DNA of 64,000 bases from Dicyema japonicum (taxonomy: Eukaryota; Animalia; Dicyemida), in the NCBI GenBank assembly GCA_011109175.1, contig RDEW01000026.1, forward strand, positions 823,695 to 887,694, read 5' to 3'. Shown here in pieces: positions 10,760 through 21,968 of this stretch. Position 1 is the stretch's first letter. Every line of letters begins with the position of its first letter. The notes below the pieces were generated by a model that was not told the origin of the DNA, searched no databases, and saw only the letters and a list, made by a program, of their open reading frames with translations. A program made the translations under genes and the position numbers.

Positions 10760-12468
10760 CTAGTATCCATATTTATCATTAAGTGGATTATGTCCATCCC
10801 CGATTCATCTACAATAACCACAAGACATACTAGAAGGGGGAACCCACATTGCATAGTCAACATCCTTTGAATACGTGGGATATTCCTCAACAAACATTGA
10901 ATCACACAAACGAGGTTTCTTTCTTTTACAAATATTCTCATCATGTCCTTTATTAGGCACAGTATCCTCGGCAATAGAACTGATCACATTCCTCAAGGTT
11001 TTATCCAATTCTCCCTCTTTATTCTCACTTTCATCAGTCTTGGGCACATTAGTATCCAACACACCATTAGTAGTCTTAATATGGGAAAGTCTGTCAGTCT
11101 GAGTGATTGGTGGGGTACCAACAGGTCGTGCAATGTTGGCTAGTGATATAATACGTCTATGTTGGGCACGTAGATTAATCATATCAGCCTTGAACTTTAC
11201 TCTCATCCTCTTGTCGATTCCCCCCGCCTTGATCATGCTCATATAACCATCCAAGTCATCCCAACCAACAGATTCAGCATTTTCTACATATTATTAACTC
11301 CAAACCAGCTCTCTCCAACTCCCACTGTCTCTTTTCAATCTGTCCCTCAATCTCACCCAGTTGTCTCACCTACAATAACACTAACCACTACCAGACTCTC
11401 ATAGTTTTCACTCACCACAGGTTCCTTCCCTACTCTGTGCATTCTCTGAAGTCTCTTTCTCTCTATAGTCCCCGTTCTGTCATAAAATGTGTCATCATCA
11501 CTCTCATAGTAGTCATTGGCTGCCCAATCACGCTTTACTGACACGGATTCTACCATTAATAACCCAATTACTATGCTCTCCCAACAACCCACGTGCGTTG
11601 AGTAGTCTACAAGCCTCAATTGCACATTTAGTTATAGCTTCCTTCCGTTTTTCCTCATCCACCACCTCTGCTGTGACTGTTTGGTCATCCAACATCATTC
11701 TTGGATTTAAATAACCGCTCACTTTAGTTGACACGTGTACAGACCATATCCGTTGTCAGTTACCTTAAAATTGGGCATTTCCTCCCCAATTCTATCAAAG
11801 TACACCCTCAATGTCTTCCTCGGGTCTGACAAGAACACAGACTCATCCACAGCATCGTCATCCTCTGCTGCGTCCTCTCCTAACAGTTAACTCCACTAAT
11901 AACCAAATCCCCACGAACATGAAGTAGGATTATTAACTGACTCTTCCTTAGGAGACGCTTGCTTCTCCATTTCTGCTCTTCTATTATGAACAGCCCTCAT
12001 GTGCTTTATTTCGGTTATTGAGTGCATGTCCTCAGCCTCTTCAACAGGTCCCTGTAATATATAATGTATTTGTACTTGCAATATGAAAAGCCGTGTGCTT
12101 GTACCAAACTTTGCTAAATGCCCGACATTAAAGGGGGTATATTCTCTCACTGGGAGTCTCTCCTTGTTTATAAAGGTCCCATGAGTGCTGTCGAGGTCAT
12201 AAATGTGCCACCCAGCAGGAATCTCTGACCCGCGTGAAAATTGTAGAACGGCATGGTATCTGGATACTGAAGGGTTTTCCATTTTAACGCTACAAACGTC
12301 AGATCGACCAATTATCAGTTTGGAGATACCCTTTAGATTGACCTTCTCGACCAATGCTCCATTTCTGATGACTTCTATATAATAGTCCCGATCACAGACA
12401 CAAGTCCAATTAGGATCCTTATATACATATTTTAATTCATTGCTCCCATGTTCATTAGCAACCAACAT
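10760..12468 (-). CDS. SLC4A1AP: Kanadaptin-like FHA-domain nuclear protein, multi-exon
   Basis: FHA domain (IIGRSDVC..SVSRYHAVLQF..YDLDSTHGTFINK), YESDDDTFYDRTG motif, and C-terminal DYAMWVPPSNESGDGHNPLNDKYGY* after removing a 22-nt intron. Confidence 0.88.
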
Positions 12469-13259
12469 GGATTAATTTTAAATATATATTTTATATATTT
12501 ATTATTTGATCTTTAATTTTAAATTTAAACTTTTCTGGTCCTTTTATGCAGGCGAATCTGAGATGTCTGTTAAAGTGACTATTAAAGATTATTTTATACA
12601 TTAAGGAAAAGGAAGGCTGAAGTGGTGACTTATTTATATTGCGAGAAATGTCTGTGTGTTTGATGATGGATGAAAGCCCTTGTCTTCCTTTTCATGATCA
12701 TATACGAGGTGACTACTCCTGGAGTTTAAACAACGAGGCTAAAAATTCTCTCTCCATCACACCGTTTGTAACCAAATAACAGCTCATGTGTGATATACCG
12801 GGGGATAAGAAGCATCCGTGTCAGTATCTTAAACATGAGAGAATTATTTCTTTCGAGAATTGGGAATTTGGAAACTGCTCCTAAGAGCTTAAATTTTCCT
12901 GAAAAAAAACCTAAGCATAGACGGAATACAAGTATCCTGTTGGATTTCCCCCGTATTCAAAACATTGGAGAATTAGTAACAAGTCCTTTGTTCCTCTTCC
13001 AAGCAAGCGGCTCCTTTAAGTTCCCACTTTGAGGAGATAAAGACTTTAGGGGACAGCTAATCCAACCTATAAAGTTTATGTTGTTAAGTTATAATCACTT
13101 TTTACCTCGATGGTTTTCATCATAGATCTGATCGACTGCTAGAGATCACCTTGTTCTATTGACAGCGCTGAAGACCTCGAGAGTAATGGTTTTAATCGAA
13201 GACAGATTCCCTTATCGCTATTCGTGATGAAGCGTGGTCAATGACTCCTTGTTATGAAG

Positions 13260-13640
13260 ATGATGTCACGTTTGTGCAGTGGCTGTTTTTCATTGCTACA
13301 ACCTTCTGTTTTGATTTATGCGTATTATGAACATGAAAGAAGTCCTGATGCAATGCGTGAATATTTGGATTTCTCAGCAAGACTTGAAAAACCTTGCACG
13401 ATTAATTACAAACTCAAGAGCATATTTTGAGGAGAAAAATGAAATGGCGACTATTGTCGAACGAATTGTCGATGTTGTTCTCCTTGCAAGACAGAATATC
13501 GCGTTTCAAAGTTATAGAGACGAAGGAATTTAAAGTTGGAGAACAATAATTTATGAAACCAATTCTGGAAACTTTGGAGATTCCACTCCAGATGTATCAA
13601 TGAAAATCAAATTGCGCAGATATGTCCACATCAGCTGACT
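13260..13640 (+). mobile_element. hAT (ZMYM1/DUF4371-like) transposase remnant
   Basis: IVERIVDVVLLARQNIAF followed by NSGNF resembles the RQ.LA.RG...N.GNF motif; stops present. Confidence 0.5.
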
Positions 13641-14559
13641 AAATTTCTACTTCAAGTAAATAAGTTGAATCTGTTCGCTACAAATATGTGCAGTTTCTCC
13701 ACGAGCAGGTGACTTACTGGAAAACATTTATGTCCCGGTCCGCCTCCGAGTTCTACACAGCACCAAATACACCTGAATGATTTCTGGTAGCGTCCGCTCT
13801 TATCTATGACGTTCTTGCTAGCCACACGTTCTCTTCACTCAAAGGGACCGGAGGTGAATAAATTTTTAAGGTAAGTGAGGTACATATGATCCATAATTTT
13901 ATTATTCTTTCTATTACCCTAAAAAAAGAGGACTATTGAAGGGAAAGAGTATAATTGAAGAATGTTTAGGATAACAAGAGGATATAGTGACTAATCAATT
14001 AGTGAGTCCATATCGGAGTCACCGACACTGCCACGTTGATTCACGCGATCAAGATGTGATACGTGCAACAAAGAAAACCCAAGAACTCTTTGAAGAAATG
14101 CAAAACTGGCTAAAACACCACGTGCTGAATAAATTCTAAATTGTATTGAGAAATGACGAGTATGGGTAATGAAATATGGAGATTGTCTGTAAAATGATGA
14201 ATACAGGCATTATCAAAAATGTCGGGTCTTCAATTTTCTCTTCATAACAAAGATTTTTTAAGGATTCCAGAAAAAATAGTCATTGATGCAAATTCTGGTT
14301 CTGATGGCCCGTACAGGAATCTAGGTAGAGGATCCTGAAATAATTCTTCTTCATATTTGTCTTTAGGATATTGAAGATCCGACCTCATTATACTTTTAAG
14401 ATGTTCTTATCCCAATGTTAATGATTAGTGACACTAATGGTGGAGAAAGTGATGCTATTGGTCTGGAAACCTATTTTATTAATCAAATCCTTACTGGATA
14501 GGACCACCAACGATTCCTAGAGACTTGTGGGAGCCCTTAACACTCTCAGGTGAACGTTT

Positions 14560-15240
14560 GATGGCAACCAGCACCTAAATGTTAGTAAATCGGGATACAA
14601 ACTAATACTCTCTAAACATGATATCACCACCCCGAATTCTTTGAGATGTCAAATCATGTGAAAGAATGCATTTCTAAATTTTAGGCAGAATAAACTCTTT
14701 CTATAACGGAAAACGCTCTTTTTTGGGTTGCCGCAATTCTCTGGGCATTCGTCCAAGAAATTGAGGGGGCCCATGATGCACATGCAAATGATATGCATGG
14801 CTCGACGTACTGGCTGTATAGTGATTTCAGAACGGGATGACTTCCGATCTTCCATAAACCAGAGATCCCCTCAAGAACATAATGATGATGTTTCTTTATA
14901 TTTTCGTAAGACCATGCACATTGAATAACACTACAGGCTTCCGCTTCAAAAAAATGGCAAGTAGGTCCGTCCTCTTTCATTTTCGTTGCATGTCCTACCT
15001 TTTCGGAAAATCACTTCATTCTTTAGCAGATGAGTTTCATAATGTAATCTTCAATAGTGGATTTGGTAAGGGAGAAGGTAGGAAGATCCCTTTCAACAAC
15101 TGTGTCGTTCCTAAAGGACTCATCACCTTACGGGTGGGATCTGTTTGACGATAATTGACCATCGCCGAAAACACAATCTTGCTGATTCGAAACCCAAGAC
15201 TTTCAGATTCAATGTCATCAGGCGTCACGTTGAGCTAAAA
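14560..15240 (-). mobile_element. Degenerate Jockey-like RT 3' fragment, related to 8040-9360
   Basis: KSLYSQYVEPCISFACASW parallels KTLYSQYIEPCTTYACTSW in the 8.8-9.1 kb copy. Confidence 0.75.
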
Positions 15241-15779
15241 GGCCGAGAGCATGTTTTAGTGTACAACTAATAAGTATACCGTAGGATTTACTACACTAGT
15301 CCGCCTGGAGGTGTTTCGAATGGGGGTTGCATGGCTACTCAGCATCATGAGTTCTCTAGCTGCTCTTGGTACATGCAGATTGATAAATCAAAAAGAATCC
15401 TAATTTTTGTTGGAGTTCAAGTGGGAGAATACCTTAACCCATGAAGTTAGGTGAACGATAATGTTCCACTTACCCATAGGACCCCTTAAAATCAATTTTA
15501 TAAGATTTAAAAAAGATGACTTTTTTACATAAAGATGTCGTTTCGCTAAAATCTCGTGATGTTTATCGATGAACTTATCCAAAACCTGAAAAAATTAATG
15601 GAGGCCATTTTGAATGGACAAGCAATTCAGAAGCACCTCTCGAATCCCCAATATTAGGACTTTTTAAAAGTGATGGAATTGAACCCTTCCAAACGCAAAA
15701 TAGAGAACCACTTGTCGTTGTTTACAAACAATATGCGCACAACACTCAATCATGCCTCTCATTCTTGAGAATTTATAAC

Positions 15780-16745
15780 CAGGATCAGGTGATCCGTATG
15801 AAACCTATAGATCAATAATTTAGTGTGTTCTGACATAATTTTTTTGTGCTATTTATTGTCAATAAAATAAAAATTAAGATGTTATCAAGGATTTATTAGT
15901 TAATTACCCATAAATTATAATTATTGATTAGTAGGGGGAACTAAGTTTAATATCCCTCATACATTATGTCAATCTTAAATTTTTATAAACTGAGTAAAAT
16001 ACCAACGACAGAACGACTAAACTGGAAAAAAAATTCCACAAAAATTTTGACCACCTAAATATTAATATTAAAAACCTTTTTAAATTATTTTTACTTCTGC
16101 TGAGCTCAGTAACAGATGTAGACTTTGATATATTTAAAATATCTGATTTAAAATAAAGAATGTCTTCCAGCATCCTGACTACTATCTCCTGATCTTTAAT
16201 AATTGACAAAGAAACTAGACTCACATAATCCGAAATGAACGGCATGTGAAATGGAAAATATCTCCCCATAGACCGCTACAAAGGTCAATGACTGCTACAT
16301 AAGGGGTTTCAGAGTTTAGCACCTTACTTCTATTCTCGTTAGATTCCCAATTATGATATTCCATTCAAACGGGAACTTTAATAAATCCGTTTTCGGATAT
16401 AATTCCTGAGTTTTATATTTATAGAAATTACAGGAATAATGGTATCTGCAACTAAAAAATATATCAAATTCTTTTCGCACGCAACAAACATCTCCATATG
16501 GTAATCTCGAACTCGCATTTCTCTAGAACAGGGATCTACAAAATTCCGTATGTTTTATCGGGATTATATCGGTTGCACGTCTATAATAAGGCTTAATGAT
16601 AATTAAAACTCCTAACCATAGCAGATCCATTAAATAAAACATATTCACCATTTAATATTCGTCCGTCTATCCAGAAACATTTGTTTAGTAGAGCTATTTT
16701 AATAATTCTAAAACCACACAAGATAAAAAACTCTATAATATATTT
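15780..16745 (-). pseudogene. C-type-lectin-like gene, copy B (5'-truncated, internal deletion, single stalk unit)
   Basis: High nucleotide similarity to 4590-6230 including the 3' flank; most of exon 5 (about 5660-5930 of copy A) is missing; a single NISKSTSVTELSRSKNNL unit precedes the TM exon; 1-nt frameshifts. Confidence 0.75.
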
Positions 16746-16769
16746 ACTAGTGACTCAGAACATCTTTTT

Positions 16770-17030
16770 TTGGCCGGAAATCAGTTTATTTTGAGGAGCC
16801 TACGTTAGACACGAGAAGAAACCAACCCTTTTCTTGGGATTAAACTATGATTCCTTTAGGCGTACGTAACGGATGCGAAGCGCAAAGAACCAAAATAATC
16901 CGTGTTGGGATTAAAGCTGGACATCACTGATGCCTTCAATTTGTTATAAAGAGATCGTATCATTGATGTGTGCAGAAAGCGATCACCTGAGCTCATTCCC
17001 ATTGTCAATCTTTAATACGGATCAAATTCC
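16770..17030 (+). mobile_element. Inverted RT fragment of a CRE-like element
   Basis: GVRNGCEA and GIKLDITDAFNLL*RDRIIDVCRKRSPELIPIVNL parallel GVSIQNGCEA and GIKLDITNAFNSLRRDKIMKTCWKRAPKLFPLVNL of the minus-strand element. Confidence 0.65.
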
Positions 17031-17032
17031 TT

Positions 17033-19560
17033 TCAGGACAACGAGGGCAATCCCTTCGCATCGACTGTTTTCCCGCATCGGCATCGGTGCTCCTTGCAAA
17101 CGTCTAGTCCCAGCCTTTGTCCGATTCCAATTCTCAAAGAATCGTCGTCCAAAAAGGTCCCGATGTTTGGGCAAGGTATTGCACCAAGCCATGCTCCACT
17201 CCCTCTACTTGAAGCTGACACCAAACAAGCCAGACGATGTTGATTTGCTTCTTTTTTAAGGTCTTCCAAAATTTTGGAGCAGACAATGTTATCCCAATTA
17301 CTTTGCTTTGTTGTGTCTTCGGGGATTTTGAGTCCGGACCCGTTCCATTTCTGACAAGCTTCGTCAAATGACTCATTCCAGCGAAGTCCAATAGTGTTAT
17401 GAAGGACTTGCCGTGTCAAATGGCTGCAGCTTGAGAGAGACGATAGGTATGCCGGGTACGCAACCTCCAGCGCCGATCTCATTCCGACACCCCCAAATCC
17501 AGAGGGAAGCTTACATTGTTTCCAACCAAGTTCGTCGAAGCGGACGTTAATTATTGACTCGACTGTTTGCTTGAGAGATTTGTCTATCGAAAGTAGACTG
17601 TCGTATTGTTCGTAGCAGGGTGAACATTGGAGTAGTTATAAAAGCTTGGGTAGTCCGATGTTGTTTCTCATCAGGAAGAAGGATGTGAGAGAGTCGAGAC
17701 ATGACAATCTTTTAGCAAGGCGTGATAGTTCTTTATTTTTGGAAAGTAGATCTTGAGTTCTTTTCGCTGAGTGGACATCCGAGGAAATATAATTTATCAA
17801 CTGGCACAGTCGGGATCCCAGGAAGCAGTTCGTTAAAAGACTCCTTGATAGAGAGAAAGTCGGTGTTTGGGTATGAGACATTAATTAGCTCTGATTTGTT
17901 AATATTGATGTCCAATTCCAAGTGTTTTAAAACGGGTAACGCTTGAAGTAATGAATTGTATGTTTCTTTGAATGATCCTCTAATTGTCGCATCGTCGAAG
18001 TACCAGAGATTTAGCTGTGCATCAATTGACTCACAACACCATCAATTGTCAGGGCAAATAAGAGAGGTCCGAGCGGATCTCCTTGTTGGACACCCATTTT
18101 TGATTTAATAATTTCACTTTCAAAAACCAGAGACGTATCTTCCCCATAGGATAAATTGACAAGAGGGAAAAGCTTTGGAGCCCTCTTCCAACACGTTTTC
18201 ATAATTTTATCTCTTCTGAGAGAATTGAAGGCATTCGTTATGTCCAACTTGATTCCAATGCATTCATTTGTAATATTTTTCTGTGTGAAGAAACGCCTTG
18301 CTGCATGAACCGCAGCCTCACATCCGTTCTGGATACTAACACCCATTTGTTTAGGAAAGAACTCCTCTCCAAGTTGTCGGCTCACCAGGGTCGATGCTAC
18401 TTTTGCTGCAAGTCTTCTAAAATAGTTCCCGACCGCAATGGGGCGGATTCCTCCGTTGGGTTTTTTGAAAGCAAGTAGCCTTGCGGAGAAGAGCAATTCT
18501 CTGGCATATTTTGGGATGTCGCCATTAACCATTTTTCTGATTAGGTCCGTAATTGATTTGACAAGACAGCGTCCAGCTTCCGAGGTGTAAGTGGACGTAA
18601 GGTCCTTAATATGGCCAGGACGTAACCCTTCCAAGCCTCTACCGCTGCTAGCGGCGAAGGAAGTTATTCCGCGGCGCACTTCGGATTCTGTAATGATGAT
18701 CTCTGAATTCCTTCAGGATTCAAAAACTTTTCATAGTCAGTCGGTGCATCTGGTGCTTTAGTATTAAGGTATTTAGGACCTCTGGGGTACAAGACAATAC
18801 TGTGTCATCGGACGTGATAACCCGTAAGGCTGCCCGCACGTCGCCCTCCAGAAGTTTCCGGTTTACTCTCTCCTTTAGTTTGTTGGAAGCATCTTTGATG
18901 AATGCTCCTCTGGTTTCTACCTCATTGACATTAAGTGGATGTTCAAGTATTGCGTGTATGACAGCTAAAATTCATTATGTTTCAGTTTCCCGGATAAGTT
19001 GAGTCGGGAGTTTGTTTCTTTATTATTGTCCTCAGATTCCTTTGTAGGTATTCCGAGTGCGACAGGTGCAAAGCATATAAGTTTTAGCCAGGATTCCCAA
19101 CTGTCAGAGGATAGTGCGTGATCAATGGCATCTGAAAGACACGTTGCTGCGGCAATTCGTACTCCTTTAGGGATTTTTACTGGGATCTTCATGGCTTTCC
19201 TGAGGTTCGAGATCTTCAAGAGAGTATGGTCTGTATGTGGCAGTGTAAAGTTTGGCTGAGTTATTTTTTCCCGCCTGTGGGCCTCCATTCAAATACAAGA
19301 GGGGCACAGCCAACTCGACAGCGTCTCGGCGCAAGCTTTACTATTTTTATGCAGCTCAGATGGACGAATGATTCACATTGCGTGCATTTAATCCCATATT
19401 TCCTGATATTCGATTGTCCACATAAAAAACATACCTGATTTGTCCGTACTGGCTTTATTCCTCGTACTTTGTCTTCTTTTCGTTCTTTATTTTCCATGAG
19501 ATTTTTGTTGATCACACCACTTAATAAACGTGAACTTTCGAATTTTTTCTTTCCTATTTA
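17033..19560 (-). mobile_element. CRE-clade (restriction-like endonuclease) non-LTR retrotransposon, frameshifted and 3'-truncated
   Basis: N-terminal PHD-like finger (CFLC..CTQCESFVHLSC); RT motifs RPIAVGNYFRRLAAK, KLDITNAFN, GVQQGDPLGPLLF, WYFDD; C-terminal CRCGK zinc knuckle. Confidence 0.85.
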
Positions 19561-20037
19561 AAGTAGTCTCAATCCGTTGATTAATCCATGATGAGTGGGA
19601 CGTTTAGCGTTGCAGCAATGTAAGCGTAGTTGAAATTACAAATGAATTTAAGATGATGAATTGGTTATTCAGGTTCGACAACATACAGGAACTCTTCATA
19701 TTTTTTTTACATTTCTCCACCGTTTTTTGCGACGAATAATGTATTCACAGCACTCCCGATGATATTTGTAGAAGGAATAGAGTCAATACACATCGGTCCT
19801 ACACCATTGGCTTTTTTTAGCATAATTCCGTTGCTTTCAGTTTTTCTGACCAGGCCGACGGCCATCATGGATGGGTATTTAGCATACTTTTTACGACATC
19901 ATTCAGTGAATCACCCAGCGCTTCTAAGGTAGGAAAGAGTGTGGTATCCACAGAGCATTTATTAATTCCACTATCCACCATGTCATTTCCGTATAAATTA
20001 CTCTCCCTTTTGGAAATTATTCAAAGACAATTGATTA

Positions 20038-20807
20038 CCGTATATGCCGGTGTATAAGTCGACTCCCTACTATTTACTTAGCAACCCTGTGATATTACGC
20101 GCCGAGAGAGACAAACAACAATGAACATTCTTAGAAAGTGATTTATTTTTAGTTAAGAAACAATAAATTAGAATAATAAGTGCTTACATAGAGTTCAAAA
20201 TCCGTCTTAATCGTCACTATTTCCAAAAAGATCGTTCCATTGAGAGTTATCTTTACCTCTTTAGTTCAGCAAGTTTAGTTCATTGTCGTAGCACAAGGTC
20301 ATTTCTCTTTAAAAATCGTGAACACCAACTTATAGTTCCTTTGAAATCGATAATCTTGCTTTGTTTGGCACAACCCAAAGCCCGCAGACGAATCATATTT
20401 CTTGTGACGACAAACCCACACTTTCGTTGCTCCTCGACCCAGCATACAAGTTCTCGTTCAAGTGCTGGCCACTGGCAGCTTTTCCCTCTATTAGCACATT
20501 TGTTTCTTGGCATCACTGCTAGCTTTGTTGCATTGCGTTTCCAATCTCTGACTAGTTTCTCATTTACGCCAAACTTTCTAGAGGCAAAGTTGACAACTTG
20601 CAGTTTGAACTTGGCAGAGAATTTAATTCGTTTAGACATGGTAATGATTGAATGTTTACGTAGTTATCATTTTATACCATTCACTTCTAAAATTAGATTG
20701 ATCTTTGCAAGAATTTTTTGTAAAGAGTGTAGTAATCACATTTGAAGCGATGAATACAAAGTTGAATTTCATTACTCCTCGGTTGACTTATACAATGGCA
20801 AAAACGG
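20038..20807 (-). mobile_element. pogo/Tigger-family deletion derivative with both TIRs
   Basis: Imperfect 26-bp TIRs CCGTATATGCCGGTGTATAAGTCGAC / CCGTTTTTGCCATTGTATAAGTCAAC, flanked by TA on both sides; ORF 20280-20639 has Brinker-like and CENP-B HTH domains and no DDE. Confidence 0.85.
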
Positions 20808-20819
20808 TAGTACTAAAAT

Positions 20820-21900
20820 CCATACACTCAATCCCATAAATGTTTACCCAATTCCCATAAATGATGTCCAAGTTATATATATTATACTAATAAATAATTT
20901 AGGAAAAAAGTATTTTATTCAATTAATCTGTTATTAATTCCATTTACCCTTTCCCAAAAACTGTTGTAATATGAGGACAAATTCTCGGTTTCGAGACCAC
21001 TCATAACAAATCCGATATTTGTCAGCAATTCTCCTCTTACAGTTGCTCTTGGTCTAATTACATTTAGGCAAGATTTAACACAAGAAAAAAAGTTTTCAAT
21101 TGAGTTCAGGTCAGGTGAATAAGGGGGTAAATAAACATTTGTAACACTTTTCCAATAAAGAAATCTTTAATTTCATCACATTGATGAAATCTAACATTAT
21201 CCATCACACAAAACGAGAATTTGTAAATATCCCTTTTCATCACATGATTTAGAAAAGTTAAAATGATTCCCGATTAAAAAGACCCCTCGAATATCATATT
21301 ATGCTCATTTCCATTTATGGAAATAACCGAACACATTGAGATGTTTCTCCCTTTGGACTTAGGCTGGTATAAAACTGCTTCAGTATTAATTGGAGAATAC
21401 CCATAATTAATTGATGATGCAAATTAAACCCGGTTTCATCCAAAAATAATAACGGTCGATTTCTAAACCCTAACATTCTTGATGAAAATACTCCCTTTTC
21501 TGCCAAATTTTCTGTACTCAATCTAACTTCGGACCTTTTCTTGAGTCTTTTTCTTGTGATGCAGGCCTCCTTTAAATCTCTTAAAATTTGAGACTTAGAA
21601 AGATTCACTAAAGTTTTTCTTGAAGACCAACTTGTGTCAGCGAGTTGTCATTTCCAAAAATAGATCTCATTTCGACATTCAACATTTCTTTATCTTTCTT
21701 TTTTCGGCCTACTGTCTTGTAAAGATCACCGAAAGTAGGATCCTCGAGTTCACAGCTTTCGATCTTTTGTATACACCTGTTCAAACTCTTTTTACTGATC
21801 GAGGTGATCTCAATCAACTCTTCTTTTGTTTTAACTTTGTAAAGTCTTTTAATTTGATTAAATAGACTTTCGTTCATAAAAACCTTGCGACTTGTCATAT
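20820..21900 (-). mobile_element. Tc1/IS630-family transposase remnant
   Basis: HTH-like N-terminus, TRKRLK, LFLDETGFNLH and MDNVRFH DDE_3 motifs, with frameshifts. Confidence 0.75.
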
Positions 21901-21968
21901 CTGTATTAGTGTAAGAAATTTTAATTATTAAATAAAAATCCACTATAAAGATAAATAAAATATAAAAA

